Origin: Octopus vulgaris
Taxonomy: Eukaryota
Direction of reading: 5' to 3'
Length of the DNA stretch: 64,000 nt
NCBI GenBank assembly: GCA_951406725.2
Contig: OX597818.1
Location: forward strand, 80,290,001 to 80,354,000
Positions 53,680 to 64,000 of this stretch are shown here, piece after piece. The notes beneath the pieces were generated by a model. The model ran no database searches. It was given only the letters and a program-made list of their open reading frames with translations, and was not told the DNA's origin. Made by a program: the position numbers and the translations under genes. Every line of letters begins with the position of its first letter. Position 1 is the first letter of the stretch.

Positions 53680-54257
53680 TATATATCTGTGTGGGTATGT
53701 GTGAATATACACATACTATGTAAAAGGCCCTTAAAAGGCCTCTTTATTATTAATATATACCGGCCAACATCTGAGTTTGATTGAACATTATAATGTACAT
53801 CTCGATCCCCTCGCCCCTATTCTACCCATATTTACAACATGTCTCTCCTCAATGATTTGATTATTGCTCATCAGATCCCATGTACCATGTCGACGGTCAC
53901 GATTCAGGGATCCCAGGATAAAATGTTCTACTGCTCTGCCCTTTATACAGTCACCTACGAGGATTATTCCATTAAGCTGAAGTACGTATCTCCGGATAAT
54001 TGAACACGATTTACTATTATATTCTGCCTCTTTTATTACGATATTCTCTCAGTTTTGACAAGGGCATATTTTCCTTGTACACGCACGCACGCACGCACGC
54101 ACGCACGCACACACACACGCACACACACACACACACACACGCACTCACACACAAACGCACACATACACACACACATACTCACACACATACACAAACTAGC
54201 AAAGATAGTGTTAAATATGTGCGCGTGCTTCTCTTTCTATTCCTCTTTCTCTGTCTC

Positions 54258-54314
<57 letters not shown>

Positions 54315-54384
54315 GCATGTATATATATGTATGTATATATATGTACACATATATAAACGTGTGCATACACACACACATATATGT

Positions 54385-54456
<72 letters not shown>

Positions 54457-54509
54457 GTGTATGTGTGTGTGTGTGTGTGTATCTGTCTAAAAAGCCATCT
54501 ACCTCTTTT

Positions 54510-54546
<37 letters not shown>

Positions 54547-54588
54547 GCACGCAAGCACAAAGACACGCGTGCACATACACATACTGAG

Positions 54589-54646
<58 letters not shown>

Positions 54647-54961
54647 ACCCACACACATACACTTACACTTACACGCAAACATACGTCGTACGTCAATGAA
54701 GAACCGAACCGAAGATTGAAAGATATGACATGCGGCGTAAGAAATCTTCTATTGTTGCCGCATGAATTGCTGTGAAATTATTGGAATTGGAGCCAGGATG
54801 GCAATATAGAATCTATTGGCAATTAAATGGGAACATTACACGGATTCGTCGAGTTAACTGCTTCCATTTCCTCCTTCCCCACACTCATAAACATGATAGC
54901 TGCTCAGATTGCCTTCTTCAATTACATTCTCATTTATTATGTATGGATGCAGGCATATACA

Positions 54962-55034
<73 letters not shown>

Positions 55035-55129
55035 CATGTGAGTGTGTATGAGTGCAACTGTGGGAGTGTGTTATTGTATATATGTGCATAAAATGTATGT
55101 ATGTATTTATACATGCATGCATACATATA

Positions 55130-55254
<125 letters not shown>

Positions 55255-55624
55255 TACATATATATATGTGCGTACGTATGTGTGTATGCATGTATATGTG
55301 TGCCTGTGTGTTTATATTTTGTGTATGTGATGCGTGTGTATTCGTTTTCATTTTTGTCTTTGGATTCGTGTGTAAGATTGTATATGTGCTGTAGAGACAC
55401 ACAAATACATTCATTCATACATACAAGTATGTGTAAATCTGTCATATTTATTATATGTGAATATATGTCAGTTTATGAGAGCTTGCATATATATTTTGTT
55501 TGTGTGTGTGTGTATGCATATTACGAACACATGATACATATACGCATGCACATCATGTATGTATGTGTATTATCTTTTATGCTTATAAATGTGACTATAT
55601 CACTCTCACCATGAGATTATGTAT

Positions 55625-55667
<43 letters not shown>

Positions 55668-56002
55668 TGTGCGCGCGTGTGTGTATTTTCTTTCTCTCTT
55701 CATGTCTCTAAACCAGTTGCACGCTCTCCTACTGCTATTTATTTTCAGTTTGCCTCGAGGACTTTACTTTCTTCATGGCTGCCAGGGGAGCCGTTGTGAC
55801 ATCTGACGTGACTCGGACGTTTTTAGACTAAGCGGAACCTATCCCTCTTCAGATCGGACCACAGTCGATTTCTTCCAGAAAAAAAGAAAGATAAATAAAC
55901 GGAGAGGGTGGGGGGGGAGACAAAGGAAGGGAGAGAAAGAGAATGAGAGAGAGGGGGAGAGAGACGGGGAGATAGAGAGATAGATAGATTGATAGATAGA
56001 TT

Positions 56003-56084
<82 letters not shown>

Positions 56085-56418
56085 CAAACAGACAGGCACA
56101 TAGTCAGACAGGGAGTGAGAGCGAGTAACGAAGAGATGAAACGACGACAAAACGGGATTGGTATTTTATGTATTGACTCCGAAATGATGAAAAGCAGATT
56201 TGACCACTCGTGATTTGAACTCTGAACGTTGAGAGCCGGAACATGTACGTACGAGTATGTGTGTGTATGTGTGTGTGTGCGCGCGCGTGTGTATATGAAT
56301 ATGCACATATGCATTTTATGTATATATGAATACACAATACACGTGCATATATATATATATATATATATACATACAAATACACACACATACACACACACAT
56401 ATATATATACATACAAAT

Positions 56419-56471
<53 letters not shown>

Positions 56472-56489
56472 TCTATATACATATATATA

Positions 56490-56862
56490 GATATATGTAT
56501 AGAACACACTCACACACATATATATCTATGTATATGTATATTGTGAGGGTCTTTTGGTCGATAACTGACGAGGAATTAGTAACGTCTTGTTTTCTGTGTG
56601 TATTTTTCGTTTGTTCTTTTATTGTGTTTTCGTTTAAATTCTGTTACATATAATTATACGTAATCCAAACATGAAAACACAAAGAGAAATACAACAACGC
56701 GAGGACGTGGAACAAGTATAGTATTATTGGACGCTCAGGAAAGAAGGAAAGAAGGAGGGTTTAACGTTTCGAGCGGGGCTCTTCGTCAGAAACATAGGAA
56801 AAGGGAAGATTCAAAGAAGGGAAGACGGAGGAAAACAAATCGCCAACGGCACACACGCGGTC

Positions 56863-56921
<59 letters not shown>

Positions 56922-57105
56922 GTATACATATATCTATATACATATATATATGTATAGAACACACTCACACACATATATATCTATGTATATGCATATTGTG
57001 AGGGTCTTTTGGTTGATAACTGACGAGGATTTAGTAACGTCTTGTTTTCTGTGTGTATTTTCTGTTTTTTCTTTTATTGTGTGTTTGTTTAAATTCTGTT
57101 ACATA
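56490..57105. repeat. ~160-bp direct repeats (period ~455) bracketing an HHR element
   Basis: GTGAGGGTCTTTTGGT.GATAACTGACGAGGA.TTAGTAACGTCTTG occurs twice. Confidence 0.85.
56759..56793 (-). ncRNA. Minimal type-I hammerhead ribozyme, intact core, in element 56660-56865
   Basis: GTTT-CTGACGA-A-GAGC(CCC)GCTC-GAAA-CG-TT^AAAC. Confidence 0.8.
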
Positions 57106-57141
57106 TATATATATATATATATATACGTATGTATGCATGTG

Positions 57142-57191
<50 letters not shown>

Positions 57192-57257
57192 TGTACATAA
57201 AGATCTAATTATTAAAGTGGAAAAATTAACGCAAAAGCCATTTCTATTCATTTTTCC

Positions 57258-57298
<41 letters not shown>

Positions 57299-57299
57299 G

Positions 57300-58103
57300 T
57301 GTGTATTGGTTTTTTTCTCTTGAATAGCCGTGTTGAGTCATTCCATGTGTTGAACATAGAGTTCCGCGTTAACCGTTTGGTTCCGTTCAGGAAATTCGTA
57401 ATGGATAATTCCTTTCCAGTCCCACCATACGCACAACATCGGTGTCGCTTGTTTACCGGGGCTAAGCCATTCCTTACGCTGCTTCATATTAATGTACAGG
57501 CACCACTTTTCGTCGCCAGTAACGATTCGGTAAAGAAATCGTTGCTTGTGTCCATGAGCTGAGCGGTGACGAGCAAGCAAAGCAGAGGAGATTGTGGCTC
57601 GTTGATTTTTGTCGTTGTCACTTAAAGCATGCGGAAGCCATGGTCCATACTTCTGAACCTTTCCCATCGAGTGAAGATGCTTTCCTATAGAAGTGTGGGA
57701 GCATTCCATTTTCTCTGCCAGTTCCCTTGTCGTTTGACGAGAATTTTCGTGCAAAAGTTGGTTTAATCGCTCTTCATCGAACTCAACTAGACGGTCAGAA
57801 CAAGGTGTGTCTTTGAGGTCAACATTTCCGTTTTTGAATTTGGCATACTAATCACGAGCAGTTCTTTCAGCTATGGGACCCTCTCCCATACATAGCACAA
57901 ATGTCGCGAGCAGCTTTTGCGGCCTTAGAACCTCGATTAAAAGCAAAAAGAGGGAGGTGTCGAAAATGCTCGTTTTTCTTAACTTGACATTCCATTTTAA
58001 TGATCTGAAAATAAACAAAAATTAACTAAAATTAACTAGAAAAAAAAAGATTCAAAAAATTTAAAAACGCAATAAATTCCAAAATTTAAAAAAACGGCGG
58101 AAA

Positions 58104-58107
<4 letters not shown>
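57300..58107 (-). mobile_element. mariner 5' fragment
   Basis: MECQVKKNEHFRH; RQTTRELAEK; WLPHAL; RIVTGDEKW; CVWWDWKG. Confidence 0.9.
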
Positions 58108-58154
<47 letters not shown>

Positions 58155-58302
58155 CGTTTTGCAAGATTCTTGATGTGAATTCGTGTGTTTAAACAGACAT
58201 TGTTGCATTTGGGGATGGTCATGCTGCCAGTTTTGCTCCAGCTTTGTTTTATATTAATTGTATTTCTGACAGAGTTCTTTCATCACACTTCTGTGACCTT
58301 AT

Positions 58303-58402
58303 NNNNNNNNNNNNNNNNNNNNNNNNNNNNNNNNNNNNNNNNNNNNNNNNNNNNNNNNNNNNNNNNNNNNNNNNNNNNNNNNNNNNNNNNNNNNNNNNNN
58401 NN
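58303..58402. other. Assembly gap (100 N)
   Basis: Run of N. Confidence 1.
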
Positions 58403-59805
58403 ATCAGTGGTCCTTTGCTTTCTTCTGTCTTCTTTGTCTCTCCTTACTAACGATCTGCCATATTGTATTCCTGTTGTATGTGTCTCTTTATTTGTGCATA
58501 CGTATATCTCTGTGTGTGTCTATGTTTAATAAATGTGCATGTGTGAATGTGTATGGTACCTACATTAACAATATCCCCTCTTTATCTACGTTCGTTTAAT
58601 TTACTTTTATTTATTTTATTCCTTTGTTTTTATCAACTTACTTTTTCATTTCTTTCTTTTTTTGTATTAATCTAATTTATTTTATTTTGTTTAGGTATAT
58701 AATTATTTAATTCCACGATATATTAGACAAACGTTTCTAGGTCCAAAACGTTACTTTTTCAGAAAACGAAAAAATAGTTTCGCTTTGACAATTTTTGATA
58801 TTTTGGCATCCGAAGCAGCTGGAGATACGATAGTTTGACCAAAAGAACCGACTATTGCAAGCAAAAATAAATATCGAAGAAAACGCATTTGGCCAAATTT
58901 GGACATACGACAATTTAACATAATAGCAACGATATATAACTACATGTGTGTGTGTGTGCGTAATATATGTGAAGGGTACCGAACAATATTGTATTTTTAA
59001 GTAAATAGTCTGATAGAATGCTACAAACAGTTTGCAAATCAATAAAAGGTGCCCTTGCATTCCACCTTTCAGCATAGAGATAATGACTAACCGTTTATGT
59101 GGAACAGCGGTGCAGAGGATATACGGTACATATGCTTACCTCTGCACTTGTTGCAATGTTGTCCTTGCAAAATTCTTGAAGTATGTAACAGGTGATTTGG
59201 TGTGAGATTCTTAATTTAGGAAGGTGGAATGCAAAAAGAGTTAGAAATGCAAAAAAAGATGCAAAAATAATATTTTAATTTAATTTCTTGGCAGTATCAT
59301 CTTATTAGTTTCTTTCATTAATCAGTCTGCAGATTCAGACAGTTGTTTGGTTCGTTCAAACGGTGAAAAGTTTGTTCACTATGGCACAAACCGTAATAAA
59401 TTAGATGGGATAAACTTGTGTTGGGTCGCTTCAGCTGCCAAAAGCATAACCAATAATAAGGATTAATGACTTGAAGGTACACGGTGTTTTGTTATGCAAT
59501 CATAATATGCTATGCAATATATTATACGTCTTTATAATCCAATACTGTGTACTTAACATATTATAAAGAGTTATGGGCTTAGGGGAAGATAGAGAGAGTG
59601 GGAATGACGCGAAAGTATAAAATAAAAGTGACCCAGGTCATAGGAAAAAGCCTAAGAAGTATTAGTGGAATTGTTTAAAAGCACACGCTCATATATATAT
59701 TTATAAATATACACTTACATACACATATACGTATACATAAATATATTTCCATATACACCTACATATCCATACATACAAATTCATATCCATTCATCCATCC
59801 ATCCA

Positions 59806-59874
<69 letters not shown>

Positions 59875-59930
59875 TACATACATATATAAACATACATACA
59901 CACACTATCACATACATATCCATCCATCCA

Positions 59931-59980
<50 letters not shown>

Positions 59981-60077
59981 AAGCTAGCATGGAAAACGGA
60001 CGCTAAACGATGATGATGATGATGATGATGATGATGATATATATATATATATATAATATATATACATACATACATAA

Positions 60078-60695
60078 ATAATCAAAATAAGCAACAAGGA
60101 TATCCAGAGGTAATGTAGTACGATCGTTTCATGCGACTCCATTTAATTGAACAATCCAAACATTACATCAATTTAAAGTGTAGAGCAATCTTCAGCCGCA
60201 CAAAGGACATAGAATCTAATTAAATTTGAAGGACACATTAGTATAATTTTATCCAAAATCTCCAAGAGGATAAGGAGATAGACGAAGAACATGCTTTACC
60301 AACAACATCACAGTTGTAACTGAAATTTTTCTTAAAAAAAAAAACTTTTGAAAAAAATTTCGGTTACAACTGTGATGTTGTTGGTAAAACATATTCTTTG
60401 TCTATCTCCTTATCCTCTTGGAGATTTTGGATAAAAGTATACTAATGTGTCCTTCAAATTTAATTAAATTCTATGTTTTTTGTGCGGCTGAAGATTGCTT
60501 TACTTTTTAAATTGATGTAATGTTTGCATTGTTCAGTTAAATGGAGTCACATGAAACGATCGTACTGCATTACCTCTGGATATCCTTGTTGCTTATTTTG
60601 ATTATAATCACCTTATTTTAAATTGTATGGATAATACCATACTAAATTCTGGTGTCTCAACTTAAATACCATATTCATCTGAATCTAAATTTTTA
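60078..60695 (+). mobile_element. PLE-type terminal remnant with a ~250-bp inverted duplication
   Basis: 60078-60330 is the reverse complement of ~60353-60605 with scattered mismatches; tail to ~60695. Confidence 0.85.
60482..60570 (+). ncRNA. Type-I hammerhead motif with long stem-II insert (mirror copy ~60115-60200, minus strand)
   Basis: GTGCGG-CTGAAGA-[~58 nt]-GAAA-CGATCG-TA^CTGCAT. Confidence 0.7.
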
Positions 60696-61043
60696 CATAT
60701 TTACATATATAAACACACACACGCACATTATCACATACATGAATATTAACACATATAGCAATCTTTATATCCTACTCAATGTGGATATATTATTAGAAAG
60801 CTATATGCTACACTATTCGCCTTGATGTACGGTACTAAGAGTAGACATATATCGCTAGCAGACAAGAATCGTCTGGTATGGGTACTGGAACTGTCATATC
60901 TCGTGATTTTAGTATACATGCGCTTCTTTAGTGGTAAGCATCCGCTTGCCACATGCCAGCTAAATCTCACTGCTAACGATATATAGAATAACAACGAATG
61001 TTCAATCACTGACGTCGAAAACAACCAGCAAACACACAGATAC

Positions 61044-61105
<62 letters not shown>

Positions 61106-61420
61106 GACGCACACACACAGTCATACACACCCTTATACATTCACACACTTATACACGCATGTATATATAATCATAAAAAATAGATAAAAACACAAGTTTA
61201 TACACTCATGTACTTATACTCGCACACACATTTCCCCCCACACACATACATATATATATATGTATGTATGTGTATATATATAAATATATGTGTGTATGCA
61301 TGTTCATAACCACCTTATATACATGCACACATGAACGCACACACATACCTCTATACACACACACACACATACACACACACATACACACACACATACACAC
61401 ACACATACACACACACACAT

Positions 61421-61810
61421 TCTTTTCTTTTCGTTGTTTCAGTCATTTGACAGTGGCCATCCTGGAGCACCGCCTTTAGTCGAACAAATCGGCCACAGTA
61501 CTTATTCTTTGTAAGCCTAGTACTTATTCTATCGGGCTCTTTTGCCGAACCGGTAAGTTACGGGGACGTAAACACGCCAACATTGGTTGTCAAGCGATGG
61601 TGGGGGGGAGAGACAAACACAAACATACACACACACATACATATAAGTGTGTGTGACGGGCTTCATTCAGTTTCCGTCTACCAAATTCACTCACAAGGCT
61701 TTGGTTAGCCCGAGATTATAGTAGAAAACACTTGTCCAAGATGCCACACAGTGGAACTGAACCCGGAACCATGTGTTTGGTAAGCAAGCTACTTGCAACA
61801 CAGCCACTCC
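61421..61810 (-). mobile_element. CORE-type SINE
   Basis: Family motifs. Confidence 0.88.
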
Positions 61811-61814
61811 ATAA

Positions 61815-62160
61815 GGATATTACTGTTAACAATTAACAATATCAGTGGCTAGCATGGGTAAAAGAATCATAAAGGCAAAATTATCAATTAATAACGAAGG
61901 GTACTACTTGTAGCACTAGCATGCTAAAGATAGCAGTCAAAACGACTCAAAACCACAGTTTTCACTTGTTCATAAGGGCAAAATGGAGGGAACGGGTGCA
62001 AAATTTTTAGACCCCTTACCATAGACGAAAAGAATCGGATCACAGTGAGTTCGAATTTTGTGAATGATCACTTTGTTCGTTGACTGATCAGTGAGTAAAA
62101 CTGTGGTTTTGAGTCGTTTTGACTGCTATCTTTAGCATACTAGTGCTACAAGTAGTACCC
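61815..62160. mobile_element. Element with a 64-bp inverted repeat
   Basis: 61899-61962 vs 62097-62160, 1 mismatch; CAGTGGCTAGCAT and ATGCTAAAGATAG resemble the 45589 element. Confidence 0.7.
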
Positions 62161-62179
62161 CTCAATATTTATGTACACA

Positions 62180-62412
62180 AGAGCGGCGAGCTGGCAGAAT
62201 CGTTAGCACGTCGGGCGAAATGCCTTGCGGTATTTCGTCTGGCGTTACGTTCTGAGTTCAAATTGCGCCGAGGTCGACTTTGCCTTTCATCCTTTCGGGA
62301 TCGATAAATTAAGTACCAATCACGCACTGGGGTCGATGTAATCGACTTAATTCCTTTGTCTGTCCTTGTTTGTCCCCTCTATGTTTAGCCCCTTGTGGGC
62401 AATAAAGAAATA
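62180..62412 (+). mobile_element. Full-length Meta-like SINE
   Basis: 16-bp TSD AATATTTATG(T/C)ACACA (62164-62179; 62413-62428). Confidence 0.9.
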
Positions 62413-62740
62413 AATATTTATGCACACACACACACATATTTATATGATATATACCTATCTAAACACACGTACAAAATATAGAGATGTAATCATATATAAA
62501 CATACTCATACCTATAAACGTTCATATATACATACATAAATACATGTACGCACATATACTATCATATGTACACACGTTTGCTCATATATATGTTTGTGTG
62601 TGTGTATTGTATTAATAACATTTTCCACCAAAATATTAACTTACGTTATAAGGTGAAAGTAATAAAACTGATCATGTCTGGCTAACTGTATATATGTGTG
62701 CATTCATATATATGTATAAATACACACACGCACATATATA

Positions 62741-62792
<52 letters not shown>

Positions 62793-62843
62793 ATAAATAC
62801 ACACATACATATATACTTATAAATATTATAGCTTTTGTCAATA

Positions 62844-62915
<72 letters not shown>

Positions 62916-63249
62916 CAAATGGTTTTATTTGCCAAAAAATGAATTCTTTATCAATGTCAAAGAACTAATTAAACAAAAATATAATCAATTAAATAACAAA
63001 GAAATGAACAATGGGGATAATGAGTGCGTAGGTTCATTATTGGCAAATATGACTCTTCTTAAATACAGACAATATCCGTTTTAACATAGACAAAAAGTCT
63101 TGCCAAACACACACATATACACACATATATCATACATCACGCACACACATAATTGTCCAGGTTGTTATAGTACAAAAAACTAAAAGTGCACAATACACCC
63201 ATGTATTTGAAGTGTGTCGAGGTTGATCTACATTTGTCATATCTTGTAC

Positions 63250-63930
63250 TTGTGTCAGTCATTGGACGGCGGCCATACTCGAATATCATCTTGAGTGGTT
63301 TTAGTAGAACAAATCAACGTAGTTTGTTTCGATTATATTTTTACTACCATGTATCTTTTGTTTCAATGAATGGACTGAATCGAAGAAATTGACCCAGTAC
63401 TTTTTTGTTGATGCTTAGTATTTACTTTGTCGGTTTCTCTTGTTGAACTGCTAAGTTACAGGATATAAGCAAACCAACGCCGGTTGTCAAGCGAAGGACA
63501 AACACAGACACACAGACACATACACATATATGTATACAGACAGGCATACGACGGACTTCCACACAGTTTCCGTCTACCAAGTTCACTCACAAAATATTAG
63601 TCGACGTGGGGCTCTGATGTAAGAGACTTGCCTAAGGTACTGCACAATTGAACTGGATCCGAAACCATGTGGCTGCAAAGCTTGAACCAATTTTCATATG
63701 TAAAGAAATTAGGATTATCTGCTGGAGTTGATGTTTCATTCTTTCAACCCGCCAGACGACAATAAAGGATGGTTGTGTGGGTAAGATGCGCGCTTTGCAA
63801 CTATGTAGCTTCGGGTTCAGTCTTACTGTACGGCACCTGAGGTAAGTGTCTTCTACTATAGTCCCGGTCCGTCAAATGCCTTGTGTGTGAATTTGGTAGG
63901 TGAGAACTCTGTGGAAGCCCGTTATGCATA
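63250..63930. mobile_element. Two diverged CORE-type SINEs (-63250-63685; +63770-63930)
   Basis: Family motifs. Confidence 0.75.
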
Positions 63931-64000
63931 TGTATATATATATCACATACACATGCACACATACTTACGCACACGCACGCACACACACACACACACACAC

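Overview
AT-rich, extremely repeat-dense animal genomic DNA with no host protein-coding exon I can support. The (TA)n/(TATG)n/(TG)n load and the SINE families resemble an octopus (coleoid cephalopod) genome; that assignment is inference. Most ORF-track entries are microsatellite artefacts. Real coding remnants are all transposable-element derived. They comprise a 5'-truncated Penelope-like retroelement (PLE; RT + C-terminal GIY-YIG, 18071-22543), R4/Dong-like restriction-like-endonuclease LINE fragments, Tc1 and mariner elements, a pogo/Tc2-like deletion derivative nested in a hAT MITE, and Helitron pieces. Non-coding elements include solo LTRs, a 2.1-kb foldback element and many tRNA-derived SINEs. 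The most interesting signal is a set of about nine type-I hammerhead-ribozyme (HHR) motifs, intact or decayed. One lies in the 3' end of the PLE; the others lie in short non-coding elements, mostly inside (TA)n, several with PLE-style inverted terminal duplications. These include a 549-bp retrozyme-like monomer (45589-46368) and a tRNA-promoter SINE fused to a hammerhead tail (28475-28794). The PLE also has an in-frame TGA exactly at a zinc-finger Cys position. All folds and alignments were made by eye; nothing was computed or searched.
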